In this document: piece by piece, positions 47,251-57,762 of the stretch
Layout of the letters: each line of letters opens with the position of its first letter
How positions within the stretch are numbered: the stretch's first letter is position 1
NCBI GenBank assembly: GCA_048881705.1
Contig: JBHLSH010000005.1
Coordinates: 19,417-83,416 of the forward strand
Direction of reading: 5' to 3'
Origin: Candidatus Heimdallarchaeota archaeon
GTDB lineage: Archaea; Asgardarchaeota; Heimdallarchaeia; Hodarchaeales; Hodarchaeaceae
Length of the DNA stretch: 64,000 nt
Position numbers and translations under genes: made by a program
Notes under the pieces: model-generated
Told to the model about the DNA's origin: nothing
The model's input: only the letters and a program-made list of their open reading frames with translations
Database searches by the model: none

Positions 47251-49671
47251 ATGAAAAGTATTCAAGAAGAAGAGAAATTAGTCTTTGCTTTTCGGGAATT
47301 AAAGCAAAATCAAGAAATACTAGCTGGGGGAAAAGGAGGTACTCTTGCACGTTTGGTACATGAAGGATTTCCTGTTCCTGATGGGGCCATAATTGTTCCA
47401 AATGCATTTGATGAGGATCAATTACTTCCAGAGGCATGGGAACAAGTAAAAACATACCTCAGAGGTGTTCGACAAAGAAATGGTAGTATTTCTTTTGCGG
47501 TACGATCCAGTGCTTTGGCAGAAGATTCAGCTACAGCTTCTTTTGGTGGACAATTTGAAACGGTTCTTGATGTCAAAACTGATGAGGAAATTCGTGAAGC
47601 GATAACAGTAGTTCACAAATCCCGATTAAATGAGCGAGTAGAAGCGTATTCAAGGGCAAAGGGGCTAACCACGGATCATGAAATTGCAGTAATTCTTCAA
47701 CAACTCGTTAGATCAGAGATCAGTGGAGTCTTGTTTACTGCAGATCCAGTCTCGGGCAGTCGGAACAACATGGTAGGAAATTACGCATACGGAATGGGAG
47801 ATCAATTGGTTTCTGGAGAGGTGGATGCGTATGAATTTACAATTACAAGACCCAAGGGAAAATATAACGGGCCTCCTGAATTGAAACGGTATGCTAGAGT
47901 ATTATTCAAGCACGCGAAAGCGATCGAAAACAAGCTCGACGCTATTCCGCAAGACATTGAATGGGCCGTCGCTAACGAAAGAGTATTTATACTACAATCT
48001 CGGCCTATTACTACTTTGATTGGAAAAGACCATACTACTGGGTATTATAACGAAAGTCTGACGGGAGACTACCTTTGGACCCAAACGGGTATCGGGGAGA
48101 TTCTCCCCCAAGTCATGAGTCCAATGGAATGGTCACTGTGGCGATTATACAATGTAGAGCTAATGGAACATGACTGGTTTCACCCCCATCTTATGATTGG
48201 AAATATCGCCGGTAGAGCTTACATGAATGTTTCGATTTTAGTAAGTATTATGCGGAAAATGAAAATCGGGCCCTTAGGTTATAGTGAAGAAAGAATCAAT
48301 GAAGTTCTCATGGAGAATATGATGGGGGATATTCCAGAGAACATGAAAATTCCGACTTTTCCAGTTTCTTGGAGAAAGATTCTTTTCAAGATGATACCTG
48401 ATGAATTCAAATGGCAACGTGCAGTCAAGAGATATAAGAAACAATTTCCAGACTTTCTTGGGACACATTCTGCAAAATGTAACGATTTTCAAGAGCGAAT
48501 AAACACACTGAAAGCTAGGGCCGATCTCATATCGTTTTGGAACGATGAACTCCGTCCCGACTTCGTGAATACGGTATTCATGCTAAAGACAGCAAATGAA
48601 GTATATATTAATCCTTTGAATGATCTATCTATCAAGATAGGGAAAATAACCGGCAAAGAGATTGCTACAATCCTTATCCAGGGGCCTCCTAAGGCAGAAA
48701 GGCTAGAAAGTTTAGGGCCAATGTTGGGATTGGCGGATATCCTGGAGGGGAAGATTTCACGGGAAGAATATATGGAGCGATATGGACATCGAGATCCCAA
48801 TGAAAACTACCTAATATACTCTCGGCCAGCAGAGGAGCCAGATTGGCTTGAGAAACAGCTTCAGGAATATCAAAAAACCCCCTTTGATTTTGACAGTATA
48901 TTGACAAAACGTCAGGAGGATTTTGAAAGGGCGATAGATGAACTACGAAATCTAGTGAAACCTAGAAAGTTCAATTCTATTATCAAACAAATTAACGAGC
49001 TAACGGAAGAAATGCACACTCGAGAGGAGATTCGATCAGAGCTTACTCGTATTATCTGGATAATCCGTCTATATCTCCTAAAAGTGGGGGAAATCACGCA
49101 ATTAAACGACGGTGTTTTCTATCTAGAAGAAGAAGAACTTTTAGATGTGCTGTCTGGAAAAGAAGAAGTAATTTCCCTAATTCCGAAGAGAAAAGAGATG
49201 TATAACAAGTTGATAAGTATCCCTCCAATTCCGGGACTTATCAATGGAAGATTCACTGACCCTTTTCAATGGGCAAAGGATCCCAATAAACGCGCTGATT
49301 TTTTTGATTCCCATGTGATTCTAGATATCAAAATAGATCCTGATCTTGTTGTTGGAGTACCAGGTTCCTCAGGTCGCATTGAAGGGTTGGTCCGAATAAT
49401 TAATGATCCTGATGAAGGAGAAAATCTTCAACCAGGTGAAATACTTGTCACCCGAACTACAAATGTTGGTTGGACACCGCTTTTCACAAAAACAACCGCA
49501 ATTATCACCGATGTTGGTGCACCCTTGTCACACGCGGCAATAGTCGCCCGTGAATTGGGTATTCCGGCTGTTGTGGGATGTACAGATGCAACTGCTCGAT
49601 TACAGACTGGGGACAGAGTCTTGGTAGATGGAGGAAACGGGACCGTTAAAATCTTGGCCAAAGCCAACTGA
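47251..49671 (+). CDS. PEP-utilising phosphotransferase, rifampin-phosphotransferase-like architecture
   Basis: ATP-grasp N-domain (GGKG, AVRSSA..EDS...SFGGQFET, DIEWA, LQSRPIT), central substrate domain, C-terminal swivel domain (LSHAAIVARELGIPAV). Confidence 0.88.
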   Translation: MKSIQEEEKLVFAFRELKQNQEILAGGKGGTLARLVHEGFPVPDGAIIVPNAFDEDQLLPEAWEQVKTYLRGVRQRNGSISFAVRSSALAEDSATASFGGQFETVLDVKTDEEIREAITVVHKSRLNERVEAYSRAKGLTTDHEIAVILQQLVRSEISGVLFTADPVSGSRNNMVGNYAYGMGDQLVSGEVDAYEFTITRPKGKYNGPPELKRYARVLFKHAKAIENKLDAIPQDIEWAVANERVFILQSRPITTLIGKDHTTGYYNESLTGDYLWTQTGIGEILPQVMSPMEWSLWRLYNVELMEHDWFHPHLMIGNIAGRAYMNVSILVSIMRKMKIGPLGYSEERINEVLMENMMGDIPENMKIPTFPVSWRKILFKMIPDEFKWQRAVKRYKKQFPDFLGTHSAKCNDFQERINTLKARADLISFWNDELRPDFVNTVFMLKTANEVYINPLNDLSIKIGKITGKEIATILIQGPPKAERLESLGPMLGLADILEGKISREEYMERYGHRDPNENYLIYSRPAEEPDWLEKQLQEYQKTPFDFDSILTKRQEDFERAIDELRNLVKPRKFNSIIKQINELTEEMHTREEIRSELTRIIWIIRLYLLKVGEITQLNDGVFYLEEEELLDVLSGKEEVISLIPKRKEMYNKLISIPPIPGLINGRFTDPFQWAKDPNKRADFFDSHVILDIKIDPDLVVGVPGSSGRIEGLVRIINDPDEGENLQPGEILVTRTTNVGWTPLFTKTTAIITDVGAPLSHAAIVARELGIPAVVGCTDATARLQTGDRVLVDGGNGTVKILAKAN

Positions 49672-49681
49672 GGATTTCCCG

Positions 49682-51079
49682 ATGAGGACGGATACCGACA
49701 TCCTAAGTCAAAACTTCAACCCAAGATGGAATCTGATCTCGCTATATATGGCCAGTTTCATCATTGTAACAGGATTCTCAGTCATCATTCCTTTTTTCCC
49801 GATTTATGCGAACGATATCCTCTATGAGTTTGATATTGTAGGCTTAACCATAGGCATTGCGCTCCAAATTGGTTTAATCACCGCGGCTTCTAAGTTTGTA
49901 CAGATTTTCCTAACTCCGGCGTTTGGCGACTTATCAGATGAAGTCGGCCGTAAACCCTTGATCCTAGTCGGAATGTCATTATATACAGCATTAATGGTCG
50001 GATACGGCCTTGCATCTGATTTTCTGACATTGTTCCTGCTTCGGATGTGTCAGGGTATCGGTTCGGCTGCAGTGTGGCCTATTGGTGAAGCATTAGTGGT
50101 AGATACTTCCAAGGAAGAGGATCGTGGAAAGAGTCTAGGGTACTACATGTTTTCCATGCTTATAGGATTAACATTAGGGCCATTCCTTGGCTACGGCGTC
50201 TTCACGGGATTTGCTACAATAGGTTTCAGTGTTATCGATTCTTATCGATTGACCTTCCTTTCTGTAGGCATCTTTGGAATAATTGCAACAATTATGGTTA
50301 TTGCATTTGTCAAAGATCCACGTCAACTGGATATGAAACCACAATCGATTCTCTCCCTCTATGGTTCCTCCATTCGTGCGATGCTCGTAAAAATCGTTCA
50401 AAGCCCCAGGATTCTGATCCAAAGTTTATCATCTGAGGATGGCTATCGAACTCGTAGTATTTACACTCTTTATGTTGTTGCTCTAGTTAATGGTCTCGGA
50501 ATGGCCCTCCTTTTACCGATTGGTGCCCTCTTTTTAGAAGATTATTATGGGCTGGATGCAGGGAGCATTGCCCTTGTACTCGGAGTTATTGGAGCTCTTG
50601 CTCTCGTTGGAGCACCTCTAGGAGGGTACATAAGCGATAGATACGGACAAAAAAGAACAGTTTGGATCACGGGTATACTCGGTGGGGGGATGATGTTCTT
50701 GTTAGGCATCCAAACCACGATCTGGATGCTAGTGTTCCTCTTTACCGCCAGGCGGTTCCTGTTCAGTATTCTATCCCCCTCTTTCAGATCATTGCAAAGC
50801 AGTTTGACTCCCGAGGCAGTGAGGGGAAAAGAGTTTGGTGTAGTTCAATCAGCTAATAATCTAGGATCAGTAATAGGCCCAATTCTTGGAGGTTATCTGT
50901 ATGATCTATTTTTCGGTCTTAATGTCGACCTAGGAGGTGGTTTGGTGTTCATTGGCGCTGGTGTTACCTTTGCAGCCTCTGGGCTCTTCGCGATTTTTGC
51001 TATGATCCTAGTTATTCTCTATGTCGGCTCTACCGAAATCGAGGCAGAATCCCCAGTTCTATCCAGTTCTACTACTTAA
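49682..51079 (+). CDS. MFS transporter (DHA1/TetA-like)
   Basis: GDLSDEVGRKP and GYISDRYGQK motif A copies; about 12 TM. Confidence 0.92.
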   Translation: MRTDTDILSQNFNPRWNLISLYMASFIIVTGFSVIIPFFPIYANDILYEFDIVGLTIGIALQIGLITAASKFVQIFLTPAFGDLSDEVGRKPLILVGMSLYTALMVGYGLASDFLTLFLLRMCQGIGSAAVWPIGEALVVDTSKEEDRGKSLGYYMFSMLIGLTLGPFLGYGVFTGFATIGFSVIDSYRLTFLSVGIFGIIATIMVIAFVKDPRQLDMKPQSILSLYGSSIRAMLVKIVQSPRILIQSLSSEDGYRTRSIYTLYVVALVNGLGMALLLPIGALFLEDYYGLDAGSIALVLGVIGALALVGAPLGGYISDRYGQKRTVWITGILGGGMMFLLGIQTTIWMLVFLFTARRFLFSILSPSFRSLQSSLTPEAVRGKEFGVVQSANNLGSVIGPILGGYLYDLFFGLNVDLGGGLVFIGAGVTFAASGLFAIFAMILVILYVGSTEIEAESPVLSSSTT

Positions 51080-51509
51080 TCTCCCCTATCTTTTTCAAAG
51101 ACCAATAGGTTCCTCCGCCGTGTTGCCACGCTTCATAACATTGCAGGATGAGTTGATGATCGAACGCTAGTTCGCTCGTCAAGGCTTTAGATACTGGACA
51201 CTTCCGAAATTCGGCCGCATCCGAGCCTGCTCGCAGCTCTCCTTCAAAATCACAAATAAACACGGTAGAAATAACCCGCCCTCTAGGATCGCGGCCTGGA
51301 TCGGAGAAAAGTCCCAAGATCTCCAAAGGCATTACCTCCACCCCAACCTCTTCTTTCATTTCTCTTACCAACGCTTCCTCGATTCTCTCATTCTTCTCCA
51401 CCATTCCACCAGGAAGGGCCCATAATCCTTGGTAAGGCGGATTAAGTCGTTTTATCAAAACAATTGCTCCATCCTTGTCTTTCAATATTCCATCAGCTGC
51501 ATGTATCAT
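51072..51509 (-). CDS. NUDIX hydrolase (ADP-ribose pyrophosphatase-like)
   Basis: WALPGGMVEKNERIEEALVREMKEEVG Nudix box; RDPR; LAFDH. Confidence 0.93.
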   Translation of the reverse strand: MIHAADGILKDKDGAIVLIKRLNPPYQGLWALPGGMVEKNERIEEALVREMKEEVGVEVMPLEILGLFSDPGRDPRGRVISTVFICDFEGELRAGSDAAEFRKCPVSKALTSELAFDHQLILQCYEAWQHGGGTYWSLKKIGEIK

Positions 51510-51710
51510 TTTTTGAACCGTACGCTATAAACGTTCATTCTGATCTCACTAGAGCAGCATTATGTTAATTTTTCCATTATAATGACTCCTGAATCCCCTT
51601 TTGATCTCATTTCTTGTTATTGTAATGCATATTGCCTTTGACTACAGATTCGCACTAGATCGCTCCCAGTGTAGAGAGAACATTATAAATTGAAAAGTCA
51701 CCTACCGTTG

Positions 51711-52169
51711 CTATTGGGCAGGATAAAATTGTTTTAAACTTCCTCTCAAAGAATCAAGTACCTGGAGTAGGTTATCGGTCCGGAAAGGTTTTGAAATAAA
51801 TGGAAGATGCGCTAGATCGTCCGGAATAGAATATTCATCAATCATCCCACTTACGAATACTATTTTCTGCGATGGATTTTCAGTTAGGATTTGTTGAGCG
51901 ACGTCAAACCCTGAGCACCCTGGTAAATCAATATCCAGAATGACAATAGCGGGCTTGCGAAACAGGTCTTCATAATACTTGATTGCAGTTAACCCGTCAG
52001 TGACCAATCCAATAACATTCCACGGGGTCATTGTGAAGAGGATTTGATAATAATCTTGGAGATCAACGTTATCTTCAACAATGAGGAGATCATATTCAGT
52101 ATTCCTCCTTGGCAAGCCAGCTGGTTCTGTCTCCGGATTACGCAGATAATTTACTTCGCGAAACTGCAT
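51711..52169 (-). CDS. Stand-alone response regulator receiver (CheY-like)
   Basis: LIVEDN, VILDIDLPGCSG (phospho-Asp), VFVSG, ISKPF. Confidence 0.92.
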   Translation of the reverse strand: MQFREVNYLRNPETEPAGLPRRNTEYDLLIVEDNVDLQDYYQILFTMTPWNVIGLVTDGLTAIKYYEDLFRKPAIVILDIDLPGCSGFDVAQQILTENPSQKIVFVSGMIDEYSIPDDLAHLPFISKPFRTDNLLQVLDSLRGSLKQFYPAQ

Positions 52170-52184
52170 TTTTACATATCACCT

Positions 52185-52517
52185 TTAGATTACACGATAC
52201 TTCTCTTTTTGACTGATCTTGTACTTGGCTACGTTTTCCTGAATTTTCGTCTCTGCATCAGGGGGAATAAAAATAGGTTCAGGAGCTATTCGATCTACTA
52301 CACCAGAATCTCCAATATGAATCGCTTTAATTTCACTCAAGTACGCCAATCCACACAGGAAGAGACTCCATGACATATTGGCGTTAACCAAAGCCTTCAG
52401 TTCTTGAACAGTTATGGCGGCATCTTCTCTTAGCGCCTCCAGTTTTTTCAGGATCTGGGCCACAACGCCAAGTTTCTGGCTAGGTTGGGATTCACAAGGC
52501 ATGGGGAGTCTCTTCAT
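52185..52517 (-). CDS. Hypothetical small protein (wHTH-like)
   Basis: Overlapping operon arrangement with both neighbours. Confidence 0.6.
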   Translation of the reverse strand: MKRLPMPCESQPSQKLGVVAQILKKLEALREDAAITVQELKALVNANMSWSLFLCGLAYLSEIKAIHIGDSGVVDRIAPEPIFIPPDAETKIQENVAKYKISQKEKYRVI

Positions 52518-52896
52518 AATTCTTTTTTTCCAATTCCTCTCTTACTTCGGAAACCTGCCGCTGGATCTCCCCAATGATCTTATCGTATGGTTGAAGGAGA
52601 CGTATATCGATGTTGTCGAATTCTTGCGCATTCGAGAGCCGATTCCGAATCAGGTTTGGCAGGCCCATGTCAGGGATATACACAATCCCTTCTCGAATCA
52701 AACGAAAGATCTCATCCAAGATTTTAGACTTTTCTTCAATGGTCTGGATCCCTAACGCTTTCAGGATGAAGGAAAGGTTCTGAATAGGCGCATCTTTAAA
52801 GGAAAGAAGAATCAGGACGCGATCGGCCAACTGGGCCATCTGTCCTGCTTGAATCTCTTCCTTGGTTTTAACGACTTGTTTAAGACGATCGTTCAT
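52492..52896 (-). CDS. Hypothetical wHTH-like protein, paralog of 39741-40187
   Basis: Shared motifs with 39741-40187; start placed at MNDRLK. Confidence 0.8.
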   Translation of the reverse strand: MNDRLKQVVKTKEEIQAGQMAQLADRVLILLSFKDAPIQNLSFILKALGIQTIEEKSKILDEIFRLIREGIVYIPDMGLPNLIRNRLSNAQEFDNIDIRLLQPYDKIIGEIQRQVSEVREELEKKNYEETPHAL

Positions 52897-52934
52897 TCTC
52901 CTAGTCTCCGTGTAATCAACACTAATATACAACC

Positions 52935-53240
52935 TCACGGGCCTCCTGAGAATCCAATGAGCGAAAAGCACTGATCCTCCTTTGGATCTTGAATGAGATT
53001 CAAACGCTCAGTAGTCAGATTTTCGATGAGATCGAGGAAGTAACGAAGGATTATTGTGAGCTCATGTGGAGCATAACGATGAGGATCCTGTAATCTAATC
53101 TGTGCGAGCTGATCCTGCACTTCAAATGAGGAAAAGAGATTAGCACTAAGGTATATCAGTTGGAATACACGTTCTAACGGGTATTCCACCCCGAATTGTT
53201 TCGTAAGGAGCATTTGGTTGACATCCTGCAGAGATCGCAT
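52935..53240 (-). CDS. Hypothetical helical protein
   Basis: First ORF of the minus-strand run that ends in the receiver gene. Confidence 0.55.
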   Translation of the reverse strand: MRSLQDVNQMLLTKQFGVEYPLERVFQLIYLSANLFSSFEVQDQLAQIRLQDPHRYAPHELTIILRYFLDLIENLTTERLNLIQDPKEDQCFSLIGFSGGP

Positions 53241-53817
53241 GAGATCTAGGCAGGATATCTAAAAACGCGGAAAAGAATTAAAATAGAAGGTTCCGCAAAA
53301 TTGACACGTCTTAAAACTGGATGTCAACTTTGGGGAAAGCTGGGTATGATGAAAAATAAAGGAGCCGTCATAAACCATGTTATGAAACATTAGTAATGTC
53401 TGGCAACCCAAAATTCAGTCTACTTTTGTTTAGAAGGAGACTGTAACCAGCTATCCTATCAAACTTATACAACCTTTCCGAAAATAAATGAGCAGGATTT
53501 TGGGGGTCCCAAAGATAGGTTCCCCTTTCTTTCCTTTCCTCAATCTATCCCAGTTCTAGCTGGGCCAGCCGACACTTCTGCAATGGATGTCGTGGTTAGG
53601 AAAAGGATGATAAGGATCAACCATGGTAGGAGTTTTAATAGAAGCAATTTTGGATCTGTGGTTTCTATACGGTTTCTTAGTCTTTTCTGCATTCGTTACA
53701 CCTAATTTCACTTGTACTCGATTTTTGTTTGCGAATTACCAATCAATTTCGGACAATTGGTAATGCTGACATTTTATCTAGTAATCCTTATAAATCTGAT
53801 GGTGGTCGTTCTAGCTT

Positions 53818-55266
53818 GTGCAATCTGCAAAATCGCAATCTCCTGTTTATTACTTGGAAATACTCCAACAAAAATCAGAGATCTATCAGCTTGAGCCTTT
53901 TGTTGTGGGTTTTTTACAGATCTGGTTAGAAATACACCAGCAAGCTGTAGGGGCATCTTTAGACGATCTGCTACCCATTACAAAAAAAATCTTGGCCCAA
54001 AGTGTCCTTCCATTTTTTGAAAAATTTAAAACGGATCCTAATCTAAAAAAAGTAGATCCATGGTTTGAGTCATACGCTTCCATACTTCTCACTTTTGAAA
54101 ATCGCGGTAGTTACCTTATACCATTACACTTGGTAACCTACGAGATTTGCTACAGCCAAAAAGGGATGCTTCTTTTTTTCTTACGTCGTTTAGAAACCAG
54201 AGAGATACGCGGTACCAAAGAGGAGCTATTTGAATTTCTGATTCCTATCCTGAACAATTTTATAGTGCCTCTGGATGAAATAGACATTGGAATTTTAAAA
54301 ACTTCGATTCTCTTGGAAAAAGGCCCTTTGCAGATTTCTCGTGCTATCTCGTATGAAGCTTATACTTCTCACATCGATATGTCAGCACGGAACATTATAC
54401 GTAGATTAAACCGCCTCAAATTTATTGATGTCATTTCAACCATCTATTTTCTCGACATGGGACAGCTAGGCTATGAAACCATGCTTTTGTTCCATACTAA
54501 TGACTTCCCCAGTCAATTTGAGGACTATCTCCTGTTATCGGGAAGCATTCAGCTGGGAACTTTTAGCGTGGTTCAAATTCCATACCGGAAAACTCAATTG
54601 ATTCAAGAGCTTCAGGAGTCATTGGACTCCGTACTCCTCTATCCCTTAACACAACGAGTAATGAATTGGAATTTATCTGGACTTGCTACCGGAGAAGATC
54701 CCTGGCAGAAACCCCCCTCACTTCTTTATGGAATCCCCAAAGAAGATCTTATCAGTCCCTCCCCTAGCATGGATATCTCCTTGGAACCTTTCGGAACTCC
54801 ATTTGAGCTATCCCCTGCTGATATCAAAATACTAGATTTCTTAAGTAGTCAGGGAGACGTACCCAACCTAAAAAGTTTGAGCGATGCCACCAAAGTTTCG
54901 GTCAAAACCATATCGAAGGCCTTTCAACGCTATAGGGAACATAAGTTAATGACACGCATGGCCCAATTCTTTAGCATTGGTTTAGATCTTTCAATATTCT
55001 TCTTTCTGACCATTGAAGATGACTCTATCCCCTGGATAGACCATTTTCTAACTTTTCCCAAAGCGGATGTTTTTGTTCATAGGGAAAATTCTGGCTCAAC
55101 TTATGCAGGATTTTTGAAGATACCCAATAAATGGATTAAACCGTTCTCTCGTAACATGGACAAGACCGTGAGGGCCCTAAGGGACACAAATATCAAGTTT
55201 TATCATAAAATCCTTAGTTCAATAGATCACTTCAAATGGGGCATCTCGCTTCAGAAAACTCTTTGA
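53818..55266 (+). CDS. Hypothetical protein with two Lrp/AsnC-like HTH units
   Basis: LDEIDIGIL...MSARNIIRRLNRL and LSPADIKILDFL...VSVKTISKAFQRY repeats. Confidence 0.7.
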   Translation: MQSAKSQSPVYYLEILQQKSEIYQLEPFVVGFLQIWLEIHQQAVGASLDDLLPITKKILAQSVLPFFEKFKTDPNLKKVDPWFESYASILLTFENRGSYLIPLHLVTYEICYSQKGMLLFFLRRLETREIRGTKEELFEFLIPILNNFIVPLDEIDIGILKTSILLEKGPLQISRAISYEAYTSHIDMSARNIIRRLNRLKFIDVISTIYFLDMGQLGYETMLLFHTNDFPSQFEDYLLLSGSIQLGTFSVVQIPYRKTQLIQELQESLDSVLLYPLTQRVMNWNLSGLATGEDPWQKPPSLLYGIPKEDLISPSPSMDISLEPFGTPFELSPADIKILDFLSSQGDVPNLKSLSDATKVSVKTISKAFQRYREHKLMTRMAQFFSIGLDLSIFFFLTIEDDSIPWIDHFLTFPKADVFVHRENSGSTYAGFLKIPNKWIKPFSRNMDKTVRALRDTNIKFYHKILSSIDHFKWGISLQKTL

Positions 55267-56331
55267 GCTTGACTGCTTTGTGCGAAATCACAGCAGAGGG
55301 CCAACATTTTAAGATTCGATATTCTAACAGAATGAGATCGGTACGTTTAATGCAATGAGGGGTTCCAAAGCGGATCAAAACTATTATTTGTATTGATTCG
55401 TCAATGACAAACTGATAGCGATATATTGCGTTGAATACGAGCAAAGACGGGGAAACCTTGCTAGTCTTACAAAGTGCGGTACAAAGTTTATCTGCTGAGC
55501 TCACAAGCTCCTCGGTTTTGAAGGAGGAAGCAAGCCTGAATCCCGAATAGATGTCCGCTGCGCTCAACAGAACAATTAAAAACGCGATTACAGAGGTTAG
55601 ATACATGCCATAGGATAATGGCAGGCAAAACAAAACCATTTGGTCAGCATTGCAGATAACATCAGAATCGAAAGGATTATTAGGGTTGGGCTTGGCTGGG
55701 AGTCCCAGTAATAATGTGGCTGTGACTGATCCCAACACTGGAATCCTGCTAACCAAAATTATACCGATTGAAAATTGGAGATGCCTTAGCCCTGGTGGTG
55801 GGCATGGATTTTGATCCAGTTTTCTTCGAGTTCAAAAATAAAATGCCAGCCCGATTAGCACTAAAAGGGCCTCAATAACCGAGGAATGACAAGGAAATTG
55901 AAATTACTGCTTATTGCATTGAACAGCACACAAAATCCATTGTTATAAGAGGAGGGGAGCTATCGTTTTGGAATGGTCTTTCTTCAGGAAATAGTAAAGG
56001 GTACCCAGAGCCCCTGAATCAATCAAAATTTCTTCAAAGGAACGAAAAGACAAAGGAAGCTCATAACATAACAGAAGTGAACAGGAGAGTTACCAATTCG
56101 GCTGTAAAGTTTAGCGTAATTTGCGAAAGTTTCGTCCGCATGCACTTTTTCAGGGGAGGCCTCCGGATTACCATGTCCATATAAAATTGAAGTGAATTAA
56201 TCACACCAACGGATGGATTTCACGGGGTGATAGCGATCTGAGTGAGGACTCGGAAATTCGAGATTTCGGGGTATTGACAGATAAAGTTGGGTTTGACTAT
56301 CAAGAAAAGAATCTTGGATTTTAGATGAGAA

Positions 56332-57690
56332 CTACATTTTATCCATGCTTTCTAGCAGTCGTGCAATGCAAAGCTGGCCCATTTTAAAATCCTCAAGAAC
56401 AAGGTTCTCATTAGGGGAATGGCCATTACTACCTGGGTAAGCGACACCAATTGAGAGCATTGGCACATATTCAGTAAAGAGATAAAGGGGCCCCGAACCT
56501 GGGCTCCAGGGATGAACCACGGGCTCGTGTCCGTACACTTCGGCCATAGTTTTTGCAAGATGTTGGACGAATGGATGGGATATATCGGTATATGCAGGGC
56601 TATAACCATCCCACCACTCGATTTCAATATTGAATCCATGAGCCTCGAAGTGGCGTTTTAGATTTTGGATTATCGTGTCTGGGGTTTGATTAGGAACCAA
56701 TCGAAAGTCAATCTTGGCTTGTGCCATAGCAGGAAGCACTGTTTTACCTCCAGCTCCTTGCCACCCTGACCAGATTCCGCATATTGTGCAAGTAGGTTCC
56801 AAGTAATATTTTTGCAACAGTTTGTTCCCCGTAAGGTCATTTATAAACTGGGAAATTCCAAACTCCTCCTTCATTTTTGTTTCATCGAAATGGGGGGCCA
56901 AACGTTCGATGGCATCAAGAAGTTCTTGTGATGGGGACACTACCTGGTCATAATGACCTTGTATGCTAATACGATCCGTTTGATCGTCCCGCAGCGATGC
57001 CAAGGCGGCAACCAGATGATTGGCTGGATTCTTGACGATCGTTCCGTTTGCGGAATGCAGGTCCTTTTTGGGACCCGTTGTTTTCAATTGAACATAACAA
57101 ATCCCCTTGACGCCACCCCATATCTGTTGAATGCCGTTCACATTAGTACCACCAAATTCCCAGACTCCTGCGTCAGCTTGGAGAAATCCAGAATGTTCTC
57201 GGGTAAAATCTCCAAGGTTTGGGCTTGATGTTTCTTCCTCACCTTCTATCACAAACTTGATATTCACAGGAATTTCCCCTTTTAGATCTAACAGCATTTT
57301 AATCGCTGAAGCTCGTACTATAATTTCTCCTTTGTTATCTGCCACCCCTCTCCCGTATATTTTTCCATCACGGACTTCAGGCTCAAATGGAGGGCTATCC
57401 CATAAGTCAAAGGGTTCTGCAGGTTGTACATCGTAATGATCGTAGAAGAGAATTGTCCTAGGATACCCTTGATCGAGGTGGGCCGTAAAGACCGGTTGTC
57501 CCTTTGTGGGGAAGACTTTGGTTTTAAATCCTAGTCCCGTAAATATCCTATCTAGCTCTTTGACCGCTTGATTAGAGTATTCCCCTCCCTTTGCCGTAAC
57601 TGTGGGTAATCTAATCAATCGAAAAAGGTTATCAAGTGTTTCGTCGATATGTTCATCCACATATTGTTTCATTTCATCCAAACTACTCAT
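56332..57690 (-). CDS. M20/M25/M40 metallopeptidase (ArgE/DapE-like dipeptidase)
   Basis: YDHYDVQP, YGRGVADNKG, EGEEE, DLHS, HSPNE. Confidence 0.93.
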   Translation of the reverse strand: MSSLDEMKQYVDEHIDETLDNLFRLIRLPTVTAKGGEYSNQAVKELDRIFTGLGFKTKVFPTKGQPVFTAHLDQGYPRTILFYDHYDVQPAEPFDLWDSPPFEPEVRDGKIYGRGVADNKGEIIVRASAIKMLLDLKGEIPVNIKFVIEGEEETSSPNLGDFTREHSGFLQADAGVWEFGGTNVNGIQQIWGGVKGICYVQLKTTGPKKDLHSANGTIVKNPANHLVAALASLRDDQTDRISIQGHYDQVVSPSQELLDAIERLAPHFDETKMKEEFGISQFINDLTGNKLLQKYYLEPTCTICGIWSGWQGAGGKTVLPAMAQAKIDFRLVPNQTPDTIIQNLKRHFEAHGFNIEIEWWDGYSPAYTDISHPFVQHLAKTMAEVYGHEPVVHPWSPGSGPLYLFTEYVPMLSIGVAYPGSNGHSPNENLVLEDFKMGQLCIARLLESMDKM

Positions 57691-57762
57691 AAAATCTACC
57701 TAATCCTTTCATTTCTGAAGAAATCTTAAATAATAGCATTTTCAATATCTCATTGGAATGAC

